DNA of 64,000 nucleotides from Babesia bigemina (lineage: Eukaryota). Each line of letters begins with the position of its first letter. Position 1 is the stretch's first letter. Below, one piece after another: positions 48,701 to 61,937 of the stretch. The DNA lies in the NCBI RefSeq assembly GCF_000981445.1, contig NC_027216.1, forward strand, positions 1,798,001 to 1,862,000. Direction: 5' to 3'. The notes beneath the pieces were generated by a model. That model was given only the letters and a program-made list of their open reading frames with translations, did not search any database and was not told the origin of the DNA. The position numbers and the translations under genes were made by a program.

Positions 48701-49291
48701 ATTCGAATCAGTGCTCTGACGGTCATGTGTCACGTGACCGTCCGTTGGTTGCGCTTCATGGGAAAACACGAGCGACTTTCGCAGCACCAAACGCTCATCA
48801 TCTTCGTGCTCCGACTCCAATGCGGTGACATAATCGTATATCGCCATGCCGATGCCACGGCGCCGAAGTGCTTCAATGGCATGCGGCAACCTGTCAGGTG
48901 GTATTTCGAGGTGCGGAGTAACTCCTGTCGGCTGGAGGCCGCAGTACTCGATACACAGAGCGACATCCGTGCCATGTACTTCGTAATATTCGCCGCACCG
49001 CGTCACTATGACACAATTTGGGTGCTCAGCTTTTGCAAGCTCTAGCGCTTCGGTGAGGACAGCCGGTTTGGACGTCCTGAGATGTTGGTTCTTCTGCGCA
49101 ATCTGAGCCACTATTTGCCGCGCCTGCGCATTCGCAAGACCGCTTAGATGGGTTTCCAATGTGCCATTTCCTCTATCTACGGGCCGTTCGGCGGAAAAGC
49201 CGCGTTTAGCACAGAGGAAGGCCCCGTGCCTTCCACCGCACTGGAAGCCCGGCCGTGCGGCCAGCAGAGCGCGCAGCAGCAGGCATCGCAT
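45741..49291 (-). CDS. MSH1: Plant-type MSH1: organellar MutS homologue with C-terminal GIY-YIG endonuclease, multi-exon
   Basis: Domain I PNCVIVTRCGEYYEVHGTDVALCIEYCGL; LDLETASVLGL..YMRFMLAQPPP; ATPase LLGPNNSGRSTLI..GLYLP..SPFE..SLVLIDDLG; GIY-YIG MPPP..TYAI..VYVGETGNLDVRLKAHR..AKVTERKLIKRL..RDG. Order is co-linear with recalled Arabidopsis MSH1. Confidence 0.85.
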
Positions 49292-49555
49292 AATGCAGCT
49301 AATTACGATGGCACAAATAATGCATGTGACGGCTAGCACCGTCGATGTGTGGTGTCAGCGCCCATGTTAGACAGCGCGACACCGCGGTACACATCTCGGC
49401 AGCGCGCAAATACACTGGCGAGATTCAGCGAACAGGGAGTGCTACCAGCCGATTTTAATGCCACATTAATGCCCGTTAAATAGATGCTGCGACGCCAATC
49501 GCCAAAACACGACTGCGCCGCCAAACTTATAACTATTGCATCACCTGCGCAACAG

Positions 49556-50861
49556 TCAGAAGTCGGCGTCGGTGGCGAATTTCTGCTCCTCCACGTTCGC
49601 CATGATGCCGGACTTTTGGTACTCGCCGACCCTCTTCTCGAAGAAGTTGGTCTTACCCTGCAACCGCCATGAGTGACCATTGGCGCGTTTTTACCTGAAC
49701 CGAGATCAGGTCCATCCAGTCGAACGGGTTCTTGACTTTGTACACTGGGGGCACACCCAGCGCCTGAAGCAGCCTGTCGGCGACGAACTCGATGTACTGC
49801 GTCATGACGACTGCACGGTTCGTGTAACGTGTGTTTAGGCGACCAACCCGAATTCATTCCGATGAGGTCACATGGCAGCGAGTCGCAAATGAAAACGCGT
49901 TCAACGGCGACGGCTTCCATGATGATCTGCTGAACGCGGTCCTCCGGCAACTTGTGCTTGAGGTTTTTGTAGATGAAGCATCCGAAGTCGGCATGCAGCC
50001 CCTCATCCCTTGCGATGAGCTCGTTGCTGAACGTCAGCCCCGGCATCAAACCGCGCTTCTTGAGCCAGAAGATGGCGCAGAAACTGCCCGAGAAGAAGAT
50101 ACCTTCAACGGCGGCATAAGCGACCTGTAATAAAGTAAACTGGTGTGTCTCTTGCTGGGCCATCAGCCATGGTAAACACGCCAAAATAGACCCCAAACAA
50201 CAGCCGAATCACAAAACTGCCACTAAAGCGCGCAACTTACAATGCGCTCCGCAAACGAGTTGTCGTTTGTCATCCACTTGGCCGCCCAGACAGCCTTGTC
50301 GCGCACGGCATCGATGGTGTCTATGGCCCTAAAGAGCCTGTCCTTCTCCGCCTCGTTTTTGATGTACTGCTCAATCAGCAGACTGTAGGTCTCCGAGTGG
50401 ATGTTTTCGACGGTAATCTGGAACGAGTAGAAGAACTTGGCCTCCGGCAGCTTGACGTCCCTGAGGAACCTCAGCGCAAGGTTCTCAAGCACAATCCCGT
50501 CACTGCAGTGGTGAATATATCTCTCAGGGCATTGCTTACCTGGCAGCAAAGAACGCAAGAACATTCTTAATGAAGTGCATTTCCCCATCAGTCAGCTTTT
50601 CCCAATCCTTCATGTCTGACGACATGTCGATCTCCTCTGCCGTCCAAAAGGAGGCCTGGGCCTTCTTGTACCATTCCCAGAATTGCGGATAGCGGATAGG
50701 AAACAAAGTCTGCGGCGGTGTGAGTATCAGCCATGTGGTCGAGCGAAAGTATCGTCGGCGCAACTCACCGTTCTAGTCTCGTCTTCCACCAGAAGGAACT
50801 CATCCGCCTCGAGTTCCTTCATGCGTTTGCTCAGTTGCTCGCACTCAGCATCACGTGCCAT
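49556..50861 (-). CDS. RRM2: Ribonucleoside-diphosphate reductase small subunit (R2), multi-exon
   Basis: [59 protein letters not shown]-like [26 protein letters not shown]; ends FATDADF. Confidence 0.96.
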
Positions 50862-51206
50862 GGTACTCGATTACTTAGATTCCGCGCGTCAGTCTTGTTT
50901 TCAAGGCAACCATTGCCAAAATGTGTACGGAGGCACCGACTGTGTTAAGTAGCGCTGAGTTGGAATCTTCACTACCGAAATATCCAACGATGTGTAGTGT
51001 TATTCGTGAGTTGCGCTCGCCGCAGATGCAACGCGGTATAAGAAGCGAACTCCTGTTAGACAAATGGGGACCGGAAAACTGTTACACAACGGTGGCAGTC
51101 CGACTGCTGGACGCCGTAAGTCACATAATTTACTGGGTTTAGAGTATAGCAGATTACACAGCGTGCCACTTTTATATTTCTTAATTGCACGGTAGCTACG
51201 AACACC

Positions 51207-53010
51207 AATCCTTTCGCGCGCCGTTATCGCCGGTCGATTGGCGTCCAGTCTGTAAGCGGCGTGTGTGAAATAGGCTAGTGCCAGATTCCGCCGCGCTGAG
51301 CGCCCACACCTCACGCATAAGGCGGCAACCAGACAACACACGCAACGCGACACACTCAGTAGAAGGAACCCATTAAGCTGACCTAGCAGCAGAGTTGTAA
51401 AGCCCCTAAAGGCGCAACATGTTTACTTCTTGGAGGCCTTCTGGGCTGACTTGGTGATCTTGGCAGAGGAACCAGGCTCCTTCTTCTCGACGCTCTTGAT
51501 GACACCGACAGCAACGGTCTGCTTCATGTCACGCACGGCGAAACGACCAAGGGGAGCGTATTCAGTGAAGGCCTCGACGACCATGGGCTTGCAAGGCTTC
51601 AGGACGACCATAGCGGCGTCACCGTTCTTGATGGTCTTGGGGTTCTCCTCAAGGGCCTTACCGGTACGCTTGTCCATACGGCTGGTGATCTCGTCGAATT
51701 TGCACGAGATGTGGGCAGTGTGGCAGTCAACCACAGGGGAGTAACCGGCCTTGATGGTACCAGGGTGGTTCAAGATGATGACCTGGGCGGTGAAGGACAC
51801 GGCGGCCTTGGCGGGGTCGTTCTTGGAGTCAGAAGCGACGTGACCAGTGCGGATGTCAGAGGTGGACACGTTCTTCACGTTGAAACCAACGTTGTCACCA
51901 GGGCTGGCAACATCGATAACTTCGTGGTGCATTTCGACGGATTTGCACTCAGTAGTGATCGGGTTGGGGGCGAAGGTGAGGACCATACCGGCCTTGAGCT
52001 GACCAGTCTCCACACGACCGACAGGGACGGTACCGATACCACCGATCTTGTACACACCCTGGAGGGGAAGACGCAGGGGCTTGTCGACGGGCCTCTTCGG
52101 GGGCTCCATCATGTCGAGGGCCTCGACCAAGGTCTTGCCCTTGTACCACGGCATGTTGGTGGAGCGCTCAACCATGTTGTCACCCATGAAACCGGAGATG
52201 GCGACGAAAGGCACCTTCTCGATGTTGTAACCGACCTTCTTCAGGTAACCCTGAACTTCCTTCTGGATTTCGCTGTAACGGTCCTCCTTGTAGTCGCACT
52301 TGTCCATCTTGTTGATGGCGCAAATGATCTGCTTGACACCAAGGGTGAAGGCCAAAAGAGCGTGCTCACGGGTCTGACCTTCCTTAGAGAAGGCAGCTTC
52401 GAAACCACCAGCCTCGGCGGGCACGACAAGCATAGCAACATCGGCCTGGGAGGTACCCGTAATCATGTTCTTAATGAAGTCACGGTGACCGGGGGCGTCA
52501 ATGACGGTGTAGTAGTACTTGCCAGTTTCGAACTTCCACAGGGTAATGTCAATGGTGATACCACGCTCACGCTCGCTCTTCAGCTTGTCCAAGACCCAGG
52601 CGTACTTGAAGGAACCCTTACCCATGTCGGTAGACTCCTTCTCGAACTTCTCAATGGTACGCTTGTCAATACCACCGAGCTTGTAGATCAGGTGACCAGT
52701 GGTGGTGGATTTACCACTGTCGACGTGGCCGATAACGACCAAGTTAATGTGGGTCTTCTCCTTCGGCATCTTGTTTAAGGTTTAACGATAGCAAACCTGC
52801 GCACAGTTAGCCAGGGGTCTAATGGAGTGCGAAGCGACACGATGCCGCAAAATGGACCATACACCACGAGTCACCAACCACAGTAATGCAGCATTGCTGC
52901 GAAACCGTGGTCTATTATACACACGCAAAACGGGTGGCCACGACCGACTCGTCTACACCCATCACACCCACACGTAACACCAAGCGGCGATGCTCCGAAA
53001 CTTACAATAT
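51207..53010. repeat. Left arm of 1804-bp inverted duplication (ef-1a CDS + 5'-UTR intron + 3' flank)
   Basis: Reverse complement of 53954-55757; paired coordinates sum to 106964 at both boundaries and both CDS ends. Confidence 0.95.
51423..52769 (-). CDS. EF1A: Elongation factor 1-alpha, copy A
   Basis: 448 aa; [17 protein letters not shown]; protein identical to copy B. Confidence 0.99.
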   Translation of the reverse strand: MPKEKTHINLVVIGHVDSGKSTTTGHLIYKLGGIDKRTIEKFEKESTDMGKGSFKYAWVLDKLKSERERGITIDITLWKFETGKYYYTVIDAPGHRDFIKNMITGTSQADVAMLVVPAEAGGFEAAFSKEGQTREHALLAFTLGVKQIICAINKMDKCDYKEDRYSEIQKEVQGYLKKVGYNIEKVPFVAISGFMGDNMVERSTNMPWYKGKTLVEALDMMEPPKRPVDKPLRLPLQGVYKIGGIGTVPVGRVETGQLKAGMVLTFAPNPITTECKSVEMHHEVIDVASPGDNVGFNVKNVSTSDIRTGHVASDSKNDPAKAAVSFTAQVIILNHPGTIKAGYSPVVDCHTAHISCKFDEITSRMDKRTGKALEENPKTIKNGDAAMVVLKPCKPMVVEAFTEYAPLGRFAVRDMKQTVAVGVIKSVEKKEPGSSAKITKSAQKASKK

Positions 53011-53953
53011 GAATGAGCTGGAGTGCAGTTATATTTAATACAACTGTTACCGGCAGAGCGCTAGTTAATGGTAGTGACCGTGTTTTCGTTTTATATACGG
53101 CGTGAGGATGCAGTGGGGTAGTGTTCAGGGTGACGAAGGTATAGTGGTAGTAACACAAGAATCCAACTGTCGCTAAATGACGCTCCTTGAAAACAAATTG
53201 GCAGAATGGTCTGATCCTCTTTATAAACCTACTGCGACCATATCACGCGGTAACAATACAGCATCGCACACCCTTCGAATGAAGAAGGCATAACAGGAGC
53301 ACACATTTCTGTTTATAATCGATCACTTCGTAGCCAAATGTGCACGAATTATGTGCTTTCGATATACGACTATATTGCGTTTAAATAGTTGATGACAGAG
53401 CTGCGAGGCTGTGTATGTGACTCACGCTTTAGAGCTCACGGTTTTTTGATATAGCTTTTACCAATATACTACAGTTAACAAGTACATTGTGTACTCTGTA
53501 GGGCTCATATGTCTATCATGGGATTACGTCAGAACGCTATGGTCACAGCTATTCCAAGGCTCCGAACCATGGCTGGAAATAATATAGCTTCTCGGAAGTT
53601 TACAATATAAATGTTATCGTGACAAAACATGAAAAACACCGCTGTGCCGTTTCTGAAAACGGGAATACACGTCAGACGCGGGCAGCTTTTTCACGTCGTA
53701 TGACCGTAGAAGCACATATCCGGCAATGCAGTGACAAATCGATGATAGGGATACAGAATATCAAATTGACACTATTGAAACGCCATTATTCCTTATACGC
53801 AAGGTGACACACCCTCGACTGAATATGAGGCGTCATTGATGCGGGGTAGCACCACAACACTCATCGGACGTGTCATTTTACGCCATCACCACTAATTAAG
53901 TATTGGCCAGGATAGCTTGCGACCGGCAACATTCAGCTTCAATCAATATTATT
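53011..53953. promoter_or_regulatory. Unique AT-richer spacer: bidirectional ef-1a promoter region
   Basis: Lies between the head-to-head ef-1a copies. Each arm starts 5 nt before a gtaagt donor of a 5'-UTR intron (53959-54167 on +). Matches the known Babesia ef-1a bidirectional promoter arrangement. Confidence 0.8.
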
Positions 53954-55757
53954 ATATTGTAAGTTTCGGAGCATCGCCGCTTGGTGTTACGTGTGGGTGT
54001 GATGGGTGTAGACGAGTCGGTCGTGGCCACCCGTTTTGCGTGTGTATAATAGACCACGGTTTCGCAGCAATGCTGCATTACTGTGGTTGGTGACTCGTGG
54101 TGTATGGTCCATTTTGCGGCATCGTGTCGCTTCGCACTCCATTAGACCCCTGGCTAACTGTGCGCAGGTTTGCTATCGTTAAACCTTAAACAAGATGCCG
54201 AAGGAGAAGACCCACATTAACTTGGTCGTTATCGGCCACGTCGACAGTGGTAAATCCACCACCACTGGTCACCTGATCTACAAGCTCGGTGGTATTGACA
54301 AGCGTACCATTGAGAAGTTCGAGAAGGAGTCTACCGACATGGGTAAGGGTTCCTTCAAGTACGCCTGGGTCTTGGACAAGCTGAAGAGCGAGCGTGAGCG
54401 TGGTATCACCATTGACATTACCCTGTGGAAGTTCGAAACTGGCAAGTACTACTACACCGTCATTGACGCCCCCGGTCACCGTGACTTCATTAAGAACATG
54501 ATTACGGGTACCTCCCAGGCCGATGTTGCTATGCTTGTCGTGCCCGCCGAGGCTGGTGGTTTCGAAGCTGCCTTCTCTAAGGAAGGTCAGACCCGTGAGC
54601 ACGCTCTTTTGGCCTTCACCCTTGGTGTCAAGCAGATCATTTGCGCCATCAACAAGATGGACAAGTGCGACTACAAGGAGGACCGTTACAGCGAAATCCA
54701 GAAGGAAGTTCAGGGTTACCTGAAGAAGGTCGGTTACAACATCGAGAAGGTGCCTTTCGTCGCCATCTCCGGTTTCATGGGTGACAACATGGTTGAGCGC
54801 TCCACCAACATGCCGTGGTACAAGGGCAAGACCTTGGTCGAGGCCCTCGACATGATGGAGCCCCCGAAGAGGCCCGTCGACAAGCCCCTGCGTCTTCCCC
54901 TCCAGGGTGTGTACAAGATCGGTGGTATCGGTACCGTCCCTGTCGGTCGTGTGGAGACTGGTCAGCTCAAGGCCGGTATGGTCCTCACCTTCGCCCCCAA
55001 CCCGATCACTACTGAGTGCAAATCCGTCGAAATGCACCACGAAGTTATCGATGTTGCCAGCCCTGGTGACAACGTTGGTTTCAACGTGAAGAACGTGTCC
55101 ACCTCTGACATCCGCACTGGTCACGTCGCTTCTGACTCCAAGAACGACCCCGCCAAGGCCGCCGTGTCCTTCACCGCCCAGGTCATCATCTTGAACCACC
55201 CTGGTACCATCAAGGCCGGTTACTCCCCTGTGGTTGACTGCCACACTGCCCACATCTCGTGCAAATTCGACGAGATCACCAGCCGTATGGACAAGCGTAC
55301 CGGTAAGGCCCTTGAGGAGAACCCCAAGACCATCAAGAACGGTGACGCCGCTATGGTCGTCCTGAAGCCTTGCAAGCCCATGGTCGTCGAGGCCTTCACT
55401 GAATACGCTCCCCTTGGTCGTTTCGCCGTGCGTGACATGAAGCAGACCGTTGCTGTCGGTGTCATCAAGAGCGTCGAGAAGAAGGAGCCTGGTTCCTCTG
55501 CCAAGATCACCAAGTCAGCCCAGAAGGCCTCCAAGAAGTAAACATGTTGCGCCTTTAGGGGCTTTACAACTCTGCTGCTAGGTCAGCTTAATGGGTTCCT
55601 TCTACTGAGTGTGTCGCGTTGCGTGTGTTGTCTGGTTGCCGCCTTATGCGTGAGGTGTGGGCGCTCAGCGCGGCGGAATCTGGCACTAGCCTATTTCACA
55701 CACGCCGCTTACAGACTGGACGCCAATCGACCGGCGATAACGGCGCGCGAAAGGATT
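53954..55757. repeat. Right arm of 1804-bp inverted duplication
   Basis: Reverse complement of 51207-53010. Confidence 0.95.
54195..55541 (+). CDS. EF1A: Elongation factor 1-alpha, copy B
   Basis: 448 aa, identical to copy A. Confidence 0.99.
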   Translation: MPKEKTHINLVVIGHVDSGKSTTTGHLIYKLGGIDKRTIEKFEKESTDMGKGSFKYAWVLDKLKSERERGITIDITLWKFETGKYYYTVIDAPGHRDFIKNMITGTSQADVAMLVVPAEAGGFEAAFSKEGQTREHALLAFTLGVKQIICAINKMDKCDYKEDRYSEIQKEVQGYLKKVGYNIEKVPFVAISGFMGDNMVERSTNMPWYKGKTLVEALDMMEPPKRPVDKPLRLPLQGVYKIGGIGTVPVGRVETGQLKAGMVLTFAPNPITTECKSVEMHHEVIDVASPGDNVGFNVKNVSTSDIRTGHVASDSKNDPAKAAVSFTAQVIILNHPGTIKAGYSPVVDCHTAHISCKFDEITSRMDKRTGKALEENPKTIKNGDAAMVVLKPCKPMVVEAFTEYAPLGRFAVRDMKQTVAVGVIKSVEKKEPGSSAKITKSAQKASKK

Positions 55758-55770
55758 CGCCGCGCAAGCC

Positions 55771-57902
<2,132 letters not shown>

Positions 57903-58446
57903 TTGCGTCGATGTGTGTGGCGTGACAGTTACACGGTGCGCCGGTGGCGTGAACACCGCCGAGCCGCGGTGACACGACGTCGTGTGCAGACCGCGGCGCG
58001 GCCGGAGCTGGTATGCCCCAAGGCACGCGAAGACATGCCGCGCTGGGTTAGCCTGAGCCCGACGCTGCGGCTGTGACTAGCTATTCCAGGAGCCTACGCA
58101 CGTTGGTCACCGATCCAGGTGGAGCCAGCTGCGTATCGATTGCATTCCGCGTGACCTACGATGGCACTGCGTATTACGCACAGCTCATGGAGACGTGTGC
58201 GGCGCAGGACCATTTGCCCAAAATATCCGTCTTGATAACGTGAGATTAATTGCCTACCGTGCCGGTTTTTGAGGCGGCTGCTGTGATGTCGTGATTGTCG
58301 GAGCGAGCTTGCCAATAATACCGTCAACCTTCCACGGCTGCCGACTTGCTTTTACCGCAATTTTTCACCTTGTCGAGGGGCGCGGAGACTGGGCGGCTGG
58401 CCGCTCTGCGCAGTAGGTTGGAATTTGGCGGCGCGCCGCGCCGCCG

Positions 58447-59726
58447 ATGTCGCTAGACAAGATGAAGCGGTACCACAAGATGGAGAAGATCGGGGAGGGG
58501 ACGTATGGTGTCGTGTACAAGGCGCAGAACAGCCACGGCGATATCTTTGCGCTGAAGAACATACGAGTCGAAGAGGAGGATGAAGGCATTCCCAGCACCG
58601 GTGAGTCATCGCCTCGTTGCCGCAGTCACGCCGTTGCAGCGATCCGCGAGATCAGCCTCCTCAAAGAGCTCCACCACCCCAACATCGTGTGGCTCCGCGA
58701 CGTTATCCACAGCGACAAGTGCCTGACGTTGGTCTTCGAATACCTCGATCAGGACCTTAAGAAACTCCTAGACGTGTGCGATGGTAAGTTTTATCTGTCT
58801 TTTGTGCAAGCCGCTTCACGGTGCTATGCACGTTGTTAATCCGGCGTTTGACTTCCAGTTTTGCTGTCGCAGTGCGGTTGTGTCAATGCAATGTCTAGCT
58901 TTGGTGTTCGATGCGCCTTTCCGGCAATCGAAGCTGGCTGCTTTAACCACGCCGTAAAGTGCTTATCATTGAGAATATTTAACCGGAATAGCTGCTAATC
59001 ATGTGTTCAGGCGGACTCGAGTCCTCTACAGCAAAGTCGTTTCTGTACCAGCTGCTGAAGGGAGTCGCTTACTGCCACGACCATCGCATTTTGCACCGTG
59101 ACCTAAAACCCCAGAATTTATTAATCAACCGTGAAGGAGTGTTGAAACTGGCGGATTTCGGGCTCGCAAGGTAGGTAACAGATGATTTCGGATTTCATGG
59201 CTGGCAGGGCGTTCGCCATACCGGTGCGCAGCTACACGCACGAAGTTGTGACGTTATGGTATCGCGCCCCCGACGTGCTCATGGGCTCCAAGAAATACTC
59301 CACCGAGGTCGACATTTGGAGCGTCGGCTGCATCTTCGCAGGTCAGTTGGCCGAGCGCCTGCCCGACACGCTGCGCAGAGATGATCAACGGCGTGCCCCT
59401 GTTCCCGGGCGTATCCGAGCAGGACCAGCTGAAACGAATATTCAAGCTCCTGGGCTCCCCAGACATCATAACGTGGCCACAGGTGCTTGAACTTCCCGCG
59501 TACAATCCGGATTTCGGCTTTTTCGAGCGCCAACCGTGGAGCGCCATTGTGAGTTGCCGTCGCCGCCGTGGCCCATACTGTGCAGGTCCCCAAGCTGAGT
59601 GGCGCCGGTGTGGACCTGATCTCCAAGATGCTGCAGCTGGACCCCTTCCAGCGCATCTCGGCAAGAGAGGCCCTGTGCCACGAGTACTTCAACGATCTAC
59701 CCGAAAATAGGGGTGCGCAACCATGA
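58447..59726 (+). CDS. Cyclin-dependent kinase, cdc2/CDK1-like (PSTAIRE), ~6 exons
   Basis: [63 protein letters not shown]. Confidence 0.96.
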
Positions 59727-59818
59727 CTCCTGGGACTGGGCGAAGTGTACGATATTAGTGAGCCGCGAACTTGCGGCGTGTGTTTGTGAACGGGAATGCC
59801 CGTCCGAATCTACTAAAG

Positions 59819-60397
59819 CTACTTAAATCGCTTATTCGGCACAAAGTTGTTGGTCACCGCTATTAATGTTTTGTGAATCCATCCGTCGAGCACCCACCTA
59901 TGCCGCTGCGCTGCAGCTCCTCCGCGGTGAATACAGCCGGTTTCCGTGTGTCGAAGATGTCGAAACTGAGTTGGATTCGCAACCTTTGGCGAGCAAACAT
60001 ACGACTCGAGAATCCGCGCGTAGTTGACCCCGTCCTCGGCTGTCCAGCCCTGCAGCAGTGAGTTTCATAGAGGGATAAGCTCACATCGTTCTTGACGGTA
60101 CACTGGTAGTGTCGGGACGCTTCGCCGGCGCAGCGCGTTGTGGCGTTGTGCGGGAAGCGGCGCATACAGCGAACCAGTTTGTGCCTGCAGACAGTCACCC
60201 CTAGGCTTGGCGGCGTGGCCGCCACGCTGCGGCACCTACCAAGTGGCCACACATGGGTGTTGCTTCACGTCGTTGCGCTGGCGGCGCTGCAGTTTGTACA
60301 GGATCTCGCTCGCCTGCCACCAGAGGATGCGAGGCGTGTTCTGCGAGCGGCGCAGGATCCTCTGCAGCAGAGACTGGGCCCTTTCGGGCGGCGCCAT
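59819..60397 (-). CDS. Twin-CX9C (CHCH) small protein, possibly mitoribosomal mS37; 3' end at 59819 or 59863
   Basis: Spliced MAPPERAQSLLQRILRRSQNTPRILWW...HPCVATW|HKLVRC...RCAGEASRHYQC contains two exact C-x9-C motifs after a basic N-terminus. Confidence 0.7.
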
Positions 60398-60516
60398 GGC
60401 TCACGGACAATCACGGTAGAGCTACTGTTCGACTATCATAATTTAGCATTTTATTGTGGCGCAGTTGTTCGCGCGTTGCGGCCCATGGCCGGCAGGTGTG
60501 TGCCCGGCCGCAGTTC

Positions 60517-61640
60517 TCACTGCCTCCGGTCGAATTCCGGCAGCCTACACCTGAGTGGACGGCAGCAGCTAAGCGAACGTACCTGCAGCGGCGCCCGTGG
60601 ACGTCGTATGTGTAGGCACGACCTGAACGAATTGTGTATGCCTTCTCAGTAACGTCGCATGGAATGCAGGTGCTGTCGGCCACTTGAGCTTAGCCTATCT
60701 TCCGCAACACAACACGAAATAGGGCACTTAAACAACCTGAAACCCACCGTAGGAGTCGTATACAATGTGGATTTTCGCGTTCTTGCGAGCGATGTTGGAC
60801 CTGCGTCAATGACATCGCCAGACCGGGGGACTCACATGACCTCGCTCGCGCAGAAAAACAGGAAAGACAGCGGAAGGATGATGAGCGGTGCGATTTTGCG
60901 CAGCAGGTAAAAAATGAACCTCAGCTTATACGGCGATGTAAAGGAGAAGAAGTGGATGAAGCGGACGCCCCCCGGAAACCCATCGCTGGTGAACGTGGTC
61001 TTGAATTTTTCAGCTCCACGCTGTGCCACGTCAAACTATAGCAATTCCAACTCACCCGTAGCTTGTCGGTTTCCATCTCATGCCACTGGCGGCGCAGCTG
61101 CTCGGCCTCCGCGCGGAACTGGTCCTCGAAGCTGCTGGATGTGTCGTGGTGAGGGTGGTACCGCGAACCCCGGCCGCCAGCCCCGGGGTACGACGCGGTC
61201 CTGCTGCCAGCGGCAGACGAGGCGCTCCCGAACGCTGCATGTCAGTGAAGAATCTGCGAGTTATTTTACCCACCGTGAGATGCGTCGTACGCCTGCCTCT
61301 TCTCCCGGTCGTACAGCGTGTTGTACGCCTCCTGGACCTCCTTGAACCGGGCAGCCGCGTTAGGGGTGGAGTTCACATCGGGGTGGTAAAGCTTGGCCTT
61401 TCGTATGTACGCGCTCCTGATCTCCTTCTGGGTCGCTGTCTTCGCGATGTCTGAGCAACTGTGCCTCTCGCCGGTGAAACCAACCTAGTATGGCGTAGTA
61501 ATTCTTCATAGAGGCGCAGCCAGTCTTCGGCAACCGTCGCACTGCGCTGCCTGCAGAATATACTACGAAGCTGCTCTAAAGGCCCTCGCCTACTGAGCCC
61601 CGGGTCGGTCGGCCGGTGGCAAAATGTGCAATGATGGCAT
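60517..61640 (-). CDS. DnaJ-domain protein with C-terminal TM segment, multi-exon
   Basis: NYYAILG|IAKTATQKEIRSAYIRKAKLYHPDVN..FKEVQEAYNTLYDREKRQAYD; TM KIAPLIILPLSFLFF; tail YDSY|GRAYTYD..LPEFDRRQ. Confidence 0.88.
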
Positions 61641-61937
61641 CCTCCGGGGTCAGATACAGCTGGTCAGCCACATCTCCAAGCAGATTTTGTGTGAAATACG
61701 CGTGATTCATGCGTCATTAAGCCACTTGCGAGGTGTTTTGGCTGCACGTACTGCACGCCGGTCGTCGTCGCGGGACGGGTAACGTGCAAGTCTGGAAGGC
61801 TCGGCAACGTGCCCGGGCGGACTACTATATATTCATTATGAATGTAGATTGTTTGTTGTAACATCGGCGTTATTTTTCGCCGATGAGCTGATGTGTGTCC
61901 GTTGGCGTGTGTCGAAGGTCGTCTACGAGCGGAAGCG

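Noticed and set aside
51711..55253. 355-aa ORFs antisense to both EF-1a copies
   Set aside because: Mirror-frame artefact of strong codon bias in a highly expressed gene.
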